A stretch of DNA of 64,000 bases from Eledone cirrhosa (taxonomy: Eukaryota): the NCBI GenBank assembly GCA_964016885.1, contig OZ024742.1, forward strand, positions 320,416,001 to 320,480,000, in the 5' to 3' direction. Below, piece by piece: positions 13,937 through 27,197 of this stretch. Position 1 is the first letter of the stretch; every line of letters begins with the position of its first letter. Position numbers and translations under genes: made by a program. The notes beneath the pieces were generated by a model, which was not told the origin of the DNA, made no database searches, and saw nothing but the letters and a program-made list of their open reading frames with translations.

Positions 13937-14208
13937 AGGAAGCTCCAACCGCTAAGGTTGTTTTTTTTTTCCGGGTATGTCAATATTTATGTATAAAACA
14001 AATCTGTATTTTATCTGATGAAAGCGCACCATAATTTGCCTTGGTTGCCCTTGAAATATATATAATAAAATAAATATGGTTTTATAAATATAGTTTCCAT
14101 TTATTAATATATTGTGTATTTACTCCACTAACTTGTTGAGTGCTTTATATCAGTTATAACATTTTTTAAGCTTGTTGAATCCCAACAAATTAAATATAAG
14201 CTCTGCAT
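13937..14208 (+). mobile_element. Divergent, non-inverted copy of the hammerhead-bearing TA-associated element (family H1)
   Basis: Aligns by eye to 26870-27107 (tactccac..ttgttgagtgcttt.atatcagttata..cccaacaa). Flanked by (TA)n. Confidence 0.8.
14007..14072 (+). ncRNA. Minimal type I hammerhead ribozyme
   Basis: tattttat-CTGATGA-aagcgcacca..tggttgccctt-GAAA-tatata-ta-ataaaata, with a perfect 8-bp stem I. Confidence 0.8.
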
Positions 14209-14220
14209 ATATATATATAT

Positions 14221-15159
14221 CAGGCTGTATGATGCCTGCATACGAACAGCAATGTTACATGGCAGTGAGACCTGGGCATTGTGTGCAGAGGATATACGCA
14301 GACTGGAGAGAAACGAAGCTTGCATGCTCCGCTGGATGTGTAATAGTAATATACGTGAACGGCAATGCATAAACGAACTAGGAATAAGAGGGATCAGATG
14401 TTGTTTACTTGAGAGAAGACTACATTGGTACGGTTACGTGATGCGCATGAAAGACGACAGCTGTATAAAAAAGTGCAGGGCGATAAAAATAGACGGTAGC
14501 CACGGAGTAGGCAGACCCAGTAAAACCTGGGACGACTTGATAAATTCCGACCTCACACACTTACACGTCTCCAAGACAATGTCACTGGACAGGGATCTTT
14601 GGCGCTACACAGTTATACAGAAGACCCGCCTTGCCTAAGTACAAAGCGAAACCTACAGTCAATAGGCACCTCTAACAAAATACACCCCCCGTCCCACTAC
14701 CCCCACCCCATCCACACCACCCCCTTAAATGTGAAGTTATGTTGGTACCACAACATCCAGTCCGAAACAAATGAGGTCGTGTAGGTGTCATGACAAAAAA
14801 ACACAGTCCACGCTGTAATGTGGCCGTGTAGGTAACACGGTAAAAACCTCCCAGTACACACTGTAAACGTGGTTGGTGTTGGGCAGGGCACGCAGCCGTA
14901 GAAAACCCGCCAGACGTGTAGGTGTCATGACAATAAAACACACAGTCCACGCTGTAATGTAGCCGTGTAGGTAACACGGGAAAAACCTCCCAGTTCACAC
15001 TGTAAACGTGGTTGGTGTTAGGAAGGGCATCCAGCCGTAGAAAACCCGCCAGACAGTCCTGAGCAAGACAACCAATCTTGCCTCAAGTGGGACAATTCCC
15101 GTCCAGACCCATGCTAGCGTGGAAAATGGACGTTAAACGATGATGATGATGATGATGAT
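14221..15159 (+). mobile_element. RTE family B, 5'-truncated copy
   Basis: MLHGSETWALCAEDIRRLERNE...GRPSKTW, duplicated 3' UTR block, (GAT)n tail; (TA)n on both sides. Confidence 0.92.
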
Positions 15160-15161
15160 AG

Positions 15162-15203
<42 letters not shown>

Positions 15204-15379
15204 TAGACTATATATGTGTTTGTGTCTATATTATATCTGTATTTTTGACCGTTGGTCAGTCAATGGTAAACATTGAGGACCGAATAAATTAACTGATATA
15301 AAAGATACAGAAGCGAAAACCAATCAAACAGTGAGTGTGTTCTGTTATTAATTCTGGCAATATTATAATAACAATATGA

Positions 15380-15890
15380 CCCTCCCCAAGTATAACAATA
15401 TAGGTTTCGGCCAGTATTGGTGTAGGGGTTTTATCCGGGATTTATTGGAGGAATTTGTCCAAAGACTTTTTGAATTTTACTGGATCCATTTCTGTTTTAA
15501 TGTGTTTTGGTGTAATATTAAAGAGAGCGGGACCAGTTGAGGTGAAATAATTGTGCCGTAGATCGTTATGAGATTACGAGTTTGATTTTTGTTGTGGTCG
15601 GATAGCACGGGGCCCAAGCTTTAAATCACCTTTAAAGATGATGTCAACATCATTTGGGCGATGCTGATGGAATATTTTCCACGTCATGCTGATAATGTAG
15701 CGCTCCTGGCAGCGTTGGAGAGAGTAAAGTTTGAGATTTTCTCGACGACTCCCATAGTCAAGGCTTGTCATGCCGTCTATCTGTTTTGTGATTGACCTTT
15801 GTGGTGCTTCAATTTTCATGATATTTTGTTTCGTGTGGGGAGACCACGGTGGGCAACAGTATTCCAGGTGGGGGTCTGGCAAAAGTAGAG
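15380..15890 (-). mobile_element. CR1-clade LINE 3' fragment
   Basis: PHLEYCCPPWSPH..IEAPQRSITKQI.GMTSLDY..R..LKLYSLQR..ERY is a typical CR1 ORF2 C-terminus. Confidence 0.8.
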
Positions 15891-18399
15891 AACAGTAACA
15901 AAAGAATTTCTAGTCTGAATGCTTACAACACAGTGGACGCCTCTAAAAACACCCAGTTGTGGCATTAAACCAGACCATTGATTTAGTCTATACTCCACAA
16001 ACTAGTATACTGCTCACATGTGGGATAGAGAATCTGTCACATAAAGTGACATTCTAAACAGATTGCAGAATTTCAAAGAAGATTATCTGATGGATTAACA
16101 AGCCATCACTCTCACAACTATAACAACCACATAGCACACCAGGCTTCTGTATCCACCTCCTGTTTCTTATATCACTGCCACACCAGTTGTTTTCTCTTCT
16201 GAATGAGCAAGTTTTGTACCATCCAGTCTAAAACCTTACACTTCAAACTGTTGCACTTAACAATTAACACTTCATCTTCTAAATCGATACTCTGATGAAC
16301 CTCTCTGACTTCCTATAGACATTTACCTGCAAAAGTTCAATTTGAACATCAACCAATTCAACCTCATTAGTCATAAGCCAAATATGGTGGATGGGGGCAT
16401 CTACATGGTCACATGAACTGCTAGAAATAGCTGCCAAATCTCCATCAAATCACACTCAGTAGCATTTAAACTCTGAGTACAGAAAATCAGAATAAACACT
16501 GCAATGCATTCTATCCACTCTGCCAATTTTTTACTTGAACTTCCTTGAATTGTATGCTAATGGGGAGGGCAGTGTACTGAACTGATGGGAAAAGTGCATG
16601 TTGTACATTTGAGAAGTGCCATGATTTATGGGTTTGAGACATGGGTGATGACCATGAGACAACAATGAAAACTAAAAAGAATGGAAATTAGACTGGTTCA
16701 GTGGATGAACAGAGTTTCGTTGAGAGAGTGGAATACAAACAATGAATTGCAGAGGAGGATGGGGATAGAGCTTGTGCTGAATGTTGTGAAGAGAAATGGA
16801 ACAAGATGGTTGGGTCATGTGTTGAAGAAGGATGAAAGTGACTAAATGAGAGGAATAGAGCCAGTGATGAATGTTGTGAAGAGAAATGGAAATAGATGAC
16901 TGGGTCATGTGATAAGGAAGGATGAAAATGACGACTGAATAAGAACAGTGATGGAAACGAATGTGGAAGGAAGTAGAATAAGTGAAAGATTAAGAAATAC
17001 ATGGTTAAAGATAATGGAGAAGGAAATGAAAGTGATATGTTTGGTGAGGGGAGATACAGAAGACAGGGCAAAATGGAAAAGCTTGTTATGGAGTCCACGA
17101 CACTAACTCCTGTTTACCAAGGAAAATGGCCTCAAAATGCTTGTTATTGGGTTGTTTCTTTCTTTTGAAAAAATGAAAGACAAAGTCAACTTCAGTGCAA
17201 CTTAAACCGAGAAGATAAATCAACAGATGTAATTAATATTTAGTCCAAAGCTCTAACATTCCTGTCAACTCACAAATCTTTGTGCCATTACATAATTACT
17301 GAATTTAAATAAAATAATCAAACATTTGCTGTAATTTCATATAATCCCCAAAGAATGGTAATGGGCTATTTTTGGAACAAAATAGTTACATTGTGAATAA
17401 TTCTAGTTATGAATGCATTTTAGGAATTTGAAATTGGGAAACGAAAATATTACTTTTCAAGAAGAAATGTATAAATAACAACATTTAATTTTTTTGATAT
17501 TTTCCTGAGAAACCTATGATGTTGGTAGATGGGGGAGGTATTAGTGATGGTAGTGATTTGTTTATAGAGGTGATGATTGGAGTAGTGGTTTTGGTGGGTA
17601 TGGTAGTGAATAGTATTGTTGTTTAGCCCTAGGTCAGTTCTGATTAAGCAGACCGATGGTCAATGGCATTCCTCTTATGACAGTTCTACCTTTTTTGTAT
17701 ATCTAGGTTTACATTGTCCAAAATACTCTGCCTTTCTGAAGATAGCATGGTGGAAGTGGTGGTAAATTGTGTTGGCGTTGTTATCACTGTTCTTGATGTT
17801 TAGCCCTAGGTCAGTTCTGATTGAGCAGTCCTGTGTTCAAAAGCACTCCATGGTCAGTTCTGATTGAGCAGTCCATTATTGAGCACTCCATGATTGCCCT
17901 GTTTTTAAATACTTGTAATCACACTTATACTTGTGGCAGCGTTCACCCAGGGTGGGTTGAGCCAACTCCACTGAAGGAATTCATGGTGTAAGTTCATTTC
18001 AGTGGAGTTTCTTCAGGTGATTGGTTTCACAAACGGTGTTCAGCCGCAAGTATATGCACTTTAGATAATGTCATCCAAGCATTGCATCAGTTATAGCGCT
18101 GAGCTCTCGCTTTCACACCCAACCCAATTTGGTGGAGCCAGTACCATGACAGGGATGCATGGGAGAGACTTTGGCCTGCAGAGATGATAAACACAACCTA
18201 CTTGAGCCATCTTGTAGACCAGCGGGAGCTCACCCCACTGCCCATCTCAGGCATACTGACCCTCTGCATTGTCTAATGCATCCTGTAATGTTTTAACTAA
18301 TTTTCCCATAAAAAAGTATACAGTTTATGCCCTTAATACCAACACAGTAATTTAATATAGGTTCTATTCTGTAACCTAGCAGTTTGACAAAGAGAGAAT

Positions 18400-18660
18400 G
18401 AAAAATAAGTACCAGACTTTTAAAAAATAAATCCTGACATGTAAATACAGATACAGATGGGGGACACATACAAACACACTCACTCACACATATATAATGA
18501 GCTTCCACACTGTCTTTATCTACCAAGTTTCACTCACAAAGCATTGGCCAACTTGAAGCTATAGTAGAAGACACTTATTCAAGGTGCTGTGAAGTGTGAC
18601 TGAACCCAAAGCATTCTGGTTACAGAATGAATCCTTAACCATACAGCCACGCCTCTACCT
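18400..18660 (-). mobile_element. tRNA/CORE-type SINE
   Basis: Minus-strand head ggcgtggctgtatggttaagg...gggttcagtc. The direct repeat catcctgtaatg (18279-18290, 18672-18683) brackets the larger insert. Confidence 0.65.
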
Positions 18661-18853
18661 ATAACTTTTAACATCCTGTAATGATTTAGCAGAAAATATC
18701 AAACATAATTTTTTTTTTTAATAGGGACTTTGTTAATTTAAATATTTGTAGTATCTTTATTAGAGAACAGATTATTAAGAAATTTCCAGTATTAGACAAA
18801 GATTTAAATTTTTAAATTGATACAATCATAGTGCTGGTTTGCAATTTTGAAGC

Positions 18854-19128
18854 ATGTCTTGCTAATGTGGTTTCATGTAGTACAGAATGTTAAGACTTAA
18901 TATTGAACAATGTCTTGCTAATGTGGTTTCATGTGGTACAGAATATTAAGACTTAATACTGAATAATGTGTTGCTAATATGGTTTCATGTGGTACAGAAT
19001 GTTAAGATTTAATTCTGAAAAATGTCTTACTAATGTGGTTTCATGTAGTACAGACTGTTAAGAGTTAATACTAAAGAATGTCTTGCTAATGTGGTTTTAA
19101 GTAGTACAGATGTTAAAAGTTAATATTG
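18854..19128. repeat. 56-bp minisatellite, 5 copies
   Basis: Unit atgtcttgctaatgtggtttcatgtagtacagaatgttaagacttaatattgaaca, starting at 18854, 18910, 18966, 19022 and 19078. Confidence 0.95.
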
Positions 19129-19284
19129 TTTAATCAGAAACTAAGTACCAAACTGACTCCATTGTGTGTAGACCAGTTTCATTGGTAACAAGTATGATTT
19201 TTTTAAATCATACTTATACATATTCAAATTTCACTTTACTCCTTTCAACATGTTCTTTACAAATATCAAATTGTCTCCCTTTAG

Positions 19285-19292
19285 CATGTCTG
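19285..19292 (+). CDS. Candidate 8-nt start-codon micro-exon (C ATG TCT G), possibly the first coding exon of the xylose isomerase gene
   Basis: Long pyrimidine-rich tract followed by tctccctttag|CATGTCTG|gtgagt, with a consensus donor. Confidence 0.45.
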
Positions 19293-19675
19293 GTGAGTAA
19301 TTCCTTTGTTTGATATAGAAAGAAATTTAGAAGAAAGAGAAAAAAATAGATAGGCAGATATAGAAGGAAAAACAGAGAGAGAGAGAGAGAGTAAGAGAGA
19401 GAGACAGAGAGTAACGAATGGTTTCACATATACAATCTAAGATCTCAATACATGTTTCTAAAAATATATAGTGCAATGTTAGTAAATGTTATATTTTCTA
19501 ATATGAGAGTACATTGTGTGAAGCAAAATAGAAATTGTTAATGTACAACTCTCTCACTCTCTCTTACACACACACACACACATATCAGCACTTATATAGA
19601 AGCAATTTATATGTATATATGTATTATCCAATAAATCCAATAAATATGATTATGTAACATATGTCTTAATGTTAA

Positions 19676-19817
<142 letters not shown>

Positions 19818-19899
19818 CATACATATGTGTGTGTGTATATATATATATATATATACATACATACATATGTGTGTGTGTATATATATATATATATGTATA

Positions 19900-19947
<48 letters not shown>

Positions 19948-19989
19948 TATATACGTACATACATATGTGTGTATATATATATATATGTG

Positions 19990-20087
19990 TGTGTCCCAAA
20001 AATATATACACACTTTGATTACCTGTACAGGCAATATTTATTAGAATGCTGTTGAACTGTGTATACATTTTTGAGGGACACTTTGTA
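19990..20087. mobile_element. Tc1/mariner-type MITE
   Basis: TIRs gtgtcccaaaaatatatacaca and tgtgtatacatttttgagggacac, within a TA/TG microsatellite. Confidence 0.65.
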
Positions 20088-20161
20088 AATACATATATAT
20101 ATATATATATATAAATATACTCCAAAGTAAACAGACCTTCCTGCGCACTTCGTCGAGTGCT

Positions 20162-20302
20162 CATTTCTACGGCTGAGTAAACTGGAGCAATGTGTAATAA
20201 AGTGTCTTGCTCAAGGAAACAACACATCACCCGGTCCGAAAATTGAATTCACAACCTTTCGATTGCAAGCCCAATGCTCTAACCACTAAGCCATGTGCCT
20301 CC
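20162..20302 (-). mobile_element. tRNA-head SINE with the same head/core as 28823-28966
   Basis: ggaggcacatggcttagtggttagagc..gaattcaattttc..ccttgagcaagacacttt..gctccagtttactcagc.gtagaaatgag. Confidence 0.85.
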
Positions 20303-20714
20303 AATAATTATTATATTAAATATATTAAAAGGCAGTAAATTGGCATAGTACAAAAGACTTTGAAGTACATGGTGTAGGCTTTTGTGGTCAGAATTCAAAT
20401 CATGCCATGGTCAACTTTGTGTTTATATATATATATATATATATATATAAATGTAAGTATGCATATATACGTACATACATATATGTATACAGACGTACAG
20501 TAGCATGCATATATATATATATATATATATACATATATATATACATATATATATACATATGCATACAGGTACACATACATATATGCACGTATCAGTTTAG
20601 CGGACGCTTATTATAACGCCGCTTTGTTCGTTTGTAAACAAACTGAACAGCCTGAATTTATGCCATACGGTGTTAAGGCAACCATGTCACCTTTTTGTTC
20701 AACACTGACACAGG

Positions 20715-20759
20715 AACGATGTACTAGTTTCAAGCTTGTTAGCTATCATCAGCACCGTT
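20715..20759 (-). ncRNA. Minimal type I hammerhead ribozyme (inverted copy)
   Basis: Reverse complement of 21096-21140. Confidence 0.85.
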
Positions 20760-20994
20760 TACCCATCTGCCAGATAGTTGAACGTTCGAAAGTATATACT
20801 TTCCTTATGAAAATTAACGGCTGAGCAGCCTAATTTGCATATTGAGTGAGTTGAATCGGTAAGGCATACCGAAAACGATAAATTGAAATAAAATGAAAAC
20901 GAAATTTCATTTCTCACTCTTAGTATGGCACTTACTTAAATGTAAGTATGCATGTATACGTACATACATATATGTATACAGACGTACAGTAGCA

Positions 20995-21032
<38 letters not shown>

Positions 21033-21095
21033 TATATACATATGCATACAGGTACACATACATATATGAACGTTCAACTATCTGGCAGATGGGTA

Positions 21096-21140
21096 AACGG
21101 TGCTGATGATAGCTAACAAGCTTGAAACTAGTACATCGTT
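21096..21140 (+). ncRNA. Minimal type I hammerhead ribozyme
   Basis: aacggtg-CTGATGA-tagctaacaagctt-GAAA-ctag-ta-catcgtt. Stem I aacggtg/catcgtt, stem II agct/agct, palindromic CTAG stem III, GUA cleavage triplet. Confidence 0.88.
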
Positions 21141-21305
21141 CCTGTGTCAGTGTTGAACAAAAAGGTGACGTGGTTGCCTTAACACCGTATGGCATAAATT
21201 CAGGCTGTTCAGTTTGTTTACAAACGAACAAAGCGGCGTTATAATAAGCGTCCGCTAAACTGATACGTGCATATATGTATGTGTACCTGTATGCATATGT
21301 ATATA

Positions 21306-21375
<70 letters not shown>

Positions 21376-21486
21376 TGCTACTGTACGTCTGTATACATAT
21401 ATGTATGTACGTATACATGCATACTTACATTTAAGTAAGTGCCATACTAAGAGTGAGAGATGAAATTTCGTTTTCATTTTATTTCA

Positions 21487-21737
<251 letters not shown>

Positions 21738-21787
21738 TCTATATATATAAAATATATATATATATATATATATAAAATATATATATA

Positions 21788-24700
21788 CTACTAGCTGACA
21801 AGTGGGTAGATAAAGTAATCTCAGTGTACAGGGTAAATGCAAGAATCATTAAACTCAGACTAGTCCTGAATAAAACAATTACCACAATAATATCAGCTTA
21901 CGCACCCCAATCGGGGCTGCCAGACGAACTTAATGATAGGTTTTACGAGTCCCTAATGCACACTACTGCTCTAACAGACGACAATGACTTCCTAATCATC
22001 GCAGGAGATTTTAACGGACACGTAGGTAAACACTGCGACGGCTTCAATAGAGTACATGAGGCCATGGAGTTGGCACAAGAAATGAGGAAGGATTCAGACT
22101 TCTAGAATTCTGCGACGCCAATGACATGTCGATATGTAACACAAACTTTAAAAAACCCGACAACCACCTGATCACCTATAGATCAGGGAAGCACTCTAGT
22201 CAGATAGATTTTATCCTCATCAGAGGACGTGACAGATGGACGGTTGTAAACACAAAAGCCTTCCCTAGTGAGGAATGTACATCCCAACATAGCTTAGTTG
22301 TCAGCAACCTCACAGTCAGAACTAGACGAACCTGGAAACAGAGGCCAACCTGGAGAAGAAAGATCTGGAAGCTGAAAAACCCCTCAACCAGTAACAGATT
22401 TAAAGATATTTTACTCAACGCCTACGACAGTAAAGAAGAACAGATAGAGACATTCATTTAGGAACTGGGAGTTCCTAAAAAATAACTTACGAGAGGCGAC
22501 GGATGAGGTCTGTGGCTGGAGTAAGACCTCAAGCAGGAGGAGAGTGACTTGGTGGTGGAACAATAAGGCAGATGAGGCAGTTAAGGCCAAGAGACAGGCA
22601 TGGAAAGAATGGAAGAACGGGGTAGCAGGGTACATTACATAGAGACCAAGAGGGAAGCTAGGCGACAAGTATACTTAGCTAGGAGGGAAGCAGAGGATAG
22701 AAAATTCAAGCATGTTTTGCAACGTGAAGACCAGAAACAGGAGGTGTTCAAGATTGCGAGGCAGTGTGTCAGAGAGAGTTGTGATGTCATTGGAGAGAAG
22801 TGTATCCGGAATGATAAAGGTGAGCTTGCCCTCACAAGTGCTGAGAAGAAAGATGCATGGAAGAGTCATTATGATAGATTACTAAATGAGGAGAATGCAT
22901 GGGAAGAAGAGACCCTACCCCAAGTAGACCCTATAGAGGGGTCAGCAAGGCAATCAAAGATATGAAGATGGGGAAGGCAACCGGTCCATCGGGTATAGCT
23001 GCCGAGATGCTGAAGGCATCTGGGTCTGTAGGTCACACTATAACCACACGTATCGTTAACCAGGTAATACTAGAGGGGGCCATACCAAAAGATTGGTGCA
23101 GTGGCATCATTGTCAACTGCTACAAAGGTAAAGGCGATGCACTAGATAGAGGAAACTATAGAGGTATAAAGTTGATGGACCAGGTCATGAAAGTAACAGA
23201 AAGAGTTATAGCACAGCTGATTAGGGACCGGGTGAAACTAGACGAGATGCAATTTGGGTTTGTACCAGGGAAAGGCACCACTGATGCCCTCTTCCTTGTG
23301 AGGCAATTACAGGAAAAGTACGTAGCTAAAAGTAAGCCACTCTACTTGGCATTTGTCGACCTTGAGAAAGCCTTTGACAGAGTTCCACGTTCTGTAATCT
23401 GGTGGGCTCTTAGAAAACTAGGAGTAGGTGAATGGCTTGTGAAAGCGGTACAAGCCATGTATAGGGGAGCAGTCAGCAAAGTTAGGATTAGCAATGAGTA
23501 TAGCGAGGAATTTAGCGTACAGGTTGGGGTCCACCAGGGCTCTGTTCTTAGCCCTCTCCTGTTCATCATAGTCCTGCAGGCAATAACGGAGGAGTTTAAG
23601 ACCGGATGCCCATGGGAACTCCTGTATGCTGATGACCTCGCACTCATAGCTGAATCTATGGTAGAACTAGAGAATAAATTCCAAACTTGGAAGCAGGGAC
23701 TAGAAAGAAAGGGTCTCAAAGTCAACATGACAAAGACTAAGGTCCTTGTAAGTAGACGAGAAAACAGAACCCAGATCCCCTCAGGGAAATGGCCTTTCTC
23801 AGTATGTAGGAAAGGTGTAGGTAGGAACTCCATTCTCTGCCCCAAATGCAAACAATGGGTACACAAGAGATGTAGCGGGATCTCAGGAAGCTTAATTAAG
23901 AATGTAGGATTCACATGCAGCAGCTGTGCTGAGACAGCAAGCAGCAAACAGCCACAGGAAACAAGTACCACCAATCTCTGGGAGGGCCCTGTAGAAACAG
24001 TAGACAGCTTCTGCTACCTAGGTGACCGAAAGGGGATGGAAGAAGTTTAGGGAACTACTACCACTGCTAGCTGCAAAAGGCTTCTCCTCAGAATGAAAGG
24101 CAGACTGTATGATGCATGTATCCGAACAGCGATGTTGCATGGTAGTGATACCTGGGCGCTGAAGGTGGAAGACTTACGGAGATTAGAGAGAAACGAAGCC
24201 TGCATGCTCCGATGGATGTGTAACAGTAATATACGTGAACGATAAAGCATAAATGAATTGACAGAGAGACTGAGCATAAGAGGAATCAAATGCTGTGTGC
24301 AGGAGAGGCGGTTGCGGTGGTATGGACATGTGATGCGTATGAAGGATGACAGCTGCATAAAAAGGTGCAGAGCACTAGAAGTTGATGGTAACCGCGGAGT
24401 GGGGAGACCAAGATGACCTGGGATGAGGTGATAAAAGCCGACCTTACCCAATTACACCTCTCAAAGACAATGACACACAACCGTGACTTCTGACGTCACG
24501 CAGTAATACAGAGTACCCGACCTCCCATGGGTACAAGCTGAAGCATATAGACAATATGCCCCCACGCCCCCCACCGCAAGGTGGTCGTGGAGGTGCCACG
24601 GCAAAAAAGCACCCAGCCCACACTGTAAAGTGGACGTGTAGGCGCCACGAAAAAGCACCCAGCACTCACTGTAAATGAGGTTGGTGTTAGGAGGGCATCC

Positions 24701-24842
24701 AGCTGTAGAAATCAAGCCAAATCAGTTCCTGTATGAGCAAGGCATGGTCAGCCGACCAGACACTGCCCACAACAGCACAACCCGTCTAACCCATGCTAGC
24801 GTGGAAGAACGGACGTAAAACGGTGATGATGATGATGATGAT
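21788..24842 (+). mobile_element. RTE family A LINE, 5'-truncated within the endonuclease and frameshifted
   Basis: EN motifs (SAYAPQ, GDFNGHVG, SQIDFIL), RT motifs (QFGFVPG, FVDLEKAFD, GVHQGSVLSPLLF, LYADD), PHD finger, (GAT)n tail. Confidence 0.97.
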
Positions 24843-24878
24843 ATATAAAATATATATATAAAATATATATATATATAT

Positions 24879-24948
<70 letters not shown>

Positions 24949-25000
24949 TATATATGTATATATATAAAATATATATATATATAAAATATATATATATATA

Positions 25001-25775
25001 AGGAAAGAATTAAAAATAAGAGGGATCAGATGTTGTTTACTCGAGAGAAGGCTACGTTGGTACGGTCACGTGATGCGCGTGAAAGACGACAGCTGTATAA
25101 CAAAGTGCAGGGCAATAAAGATAGACGGTAGCCACGGAATAGGCAGACCCAGAAAAACCTGGGACGACATGATAAATTCCCACCTCACATGCTTACACCT
25201 CTCCAAGACAATGTCACTGGACCGAGACCTTTGGCGGTACTCAGTAATAGAGAAGGCCCGCCATACCTAAATACAACGTAAAAACCTACTACAGTCAGTA
25301 GGCATCTCTATCAAAACACACCCCCGTCCCACCACCTCCACCCCATCCACACCGCCCCTTTCAATGTAAAGTTATGTTGGTGCCACAACATCCAGGCCGA
25401 AACAAATGAGATCGTGTAGGTGTCACGACAAAAAACACACAGTCCACGCTGTAATGTGGCCGTGTAGGCAACACGTAAAAACCTCCCAGCCCCACACTGT
25501 AAATGTGGTTGGTGATAGGAAGGGCATCCAGCTGTAGAGAACACGCCGGACAGTCCACACTGTAATGTGGCCGTGTAGGCAACACGGTAAAAACTTCCCA
25601 GCCCCACACTGTAAATGTGGTTGGTGTTAGGAAGGGCATCCGGCTGCAGAAAACCCGCCAGACAGTCCTATGCGAGCAAGACAACCACTCTTGCCTCAAG
25701 TGGAAAATCCCCGTCCAAACCCATGTAAGCGTGGGACACGGACGCTAAACCTGATGATGATGATGTTGATGATGA
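25001..25775 (+). mobile_element. RTE family B, 3' fragment
   Basis: RRLRWYGHVMR...GRPRKTW, family-B 3' UTR with an internal duplication, (GAT)n tail. Confidence 0.92.
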
Positions 25776-25965
25776 TATATAAAATATATATATATATATA
25801 TATATAAAATATATATATATATAAAATATATATATATATAAAATATATATATATATATATATAAAATATATATATATATATAAATATATATATATATAAA
25901 ATATATATATATATATATATAAAATATATATATATATAAAATATATTTATATATATATATATAAA

Positions 25966-25997
<32 letters not shown>

Positions 25998-26047
25998 TAT
26001 ATATATATATATAAAATATATATATATATATATATAAAATATATATA

Positions 26048-26078
<31 letters not shown>

Positions 26079-26130
26079 AAATATATATATATATATATAT
26101 AAAATATATATATATATAAAATATATATAT

Positions 26131-26556
26131 CATCATCATCATCATCATCATCACCGTTTTACGTCCGTTCTTCCACGCTAGCATGGGTTAGACGGGTTGT
26201 CCTGTTGTGGGCAGTGTCTGGTCGGCTGACCATGCCTTGCTCATACAGGAACTGATCTGGCTTGATTTCTACAGCTGGATGCCCTTCCTAACACCAACCT
26301 CATTTACAGTGAGTGCTGGGTGCTTTTCGTGGCGCCTACACGTCCACTTTACAGTGTGGGCTGGGTGCTTTTTTGCCGTGGCACCTCCACGACCACCTTG
26401 CGGTGGGGGGGGGGGGGCATATTGTTTATATGCTTCAGCATGTACCATGGGAGGTCGGGTACCCTGTATTACTGCGTGACGCCAGAAGTCACGGTCGTGT
26501 GTCATTGACTTTGAGAGGTGTAGTTGGGTAAGGTCGGCTTTTATCACCTCATCCCA
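26131..26556 (-). mobile_element. RTE family A, 3' fragment
   Basis: (CAT)n tail, family-A 3' UTR, WDEVIKADLTQL. Confidence 0.92.
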
Positions 26557-26638
26557 ATATATATATATATATATATAAAATATATATATATATATAAAAT
26601 ATATATATATATATATATAAAATATATATATATATATA

Positions 26639-27107
26639 CAATATTAAATAAATGGAAAACTATATTTATAAAACCATATTTATTTCATTATATATATTTC
26701 GGGGATATCATATTAACAATATGCTATGCCTTCATCAGACAAAATACAATATAAACAGTTTTATAGATAAATATATTCGACTTACCGTAATAAACATCAA
26801 CTTCATTTGAAGAGGTTTACGCTAGCAGTAATAAACATCAACTTCAAATGAAGTTGATGTTTATTACGGTATGTCGAATATATTTATCTATAAAACTGTT
26901 TATATTGTATTTTGTCTGATGAAGGCATAGCATATTGTTAATATGATATCCCCGAAATATATATAATGAAATAAATATGGTTTTATAAATATAGTTTTCC
27001 ATTTATTTAATATTGTAAATATACTCCAAATATTTGTCGAGTGCTTTTATATCAGTTATAAATATTTACTAGTTGTAACCCAACAATTTTAAATATAACT
27101 TTACATG
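26639..27107 (+). mobile_element. Palindromic hammerhead element, family H1, copy 1
   Basis: Inverted arms at about 26639-26806 and 26848-27015, plus a ~90-nt unpaired 3' tail. Hammerheads at 26908-26973 (+) and 26681-26746 (-). Confidence 0.85.
26908..26973 (+). ncRNA. Minimal type I hammerhead ribozyme
   Basis: tattttgt-CTGATGA-aggcatagcatatt gtt aatatgatatcccc-GAAA-tatata-ta-atgaaata. Stem I is 8 bp with two G-U pairs. Confidence 0.8.
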
Positions 27108-27146
27108 TATATATATATATATATAAAATATATATATATAAAATAT

Positions 27147-27197
<51 letters not shown>

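Noticed and set aside
18854-19128. CRISPR-like 56-bp periodic array
   Set aside because: The whole unit is repeated and there are no spacers.
23342-23974. Recurrent antisense ORFs over RTE copies (also at 43368, 45731, 55521, 57473)
   Set aside because: Shadow frames of the RT coding strand; they recur only because the element is repeated.
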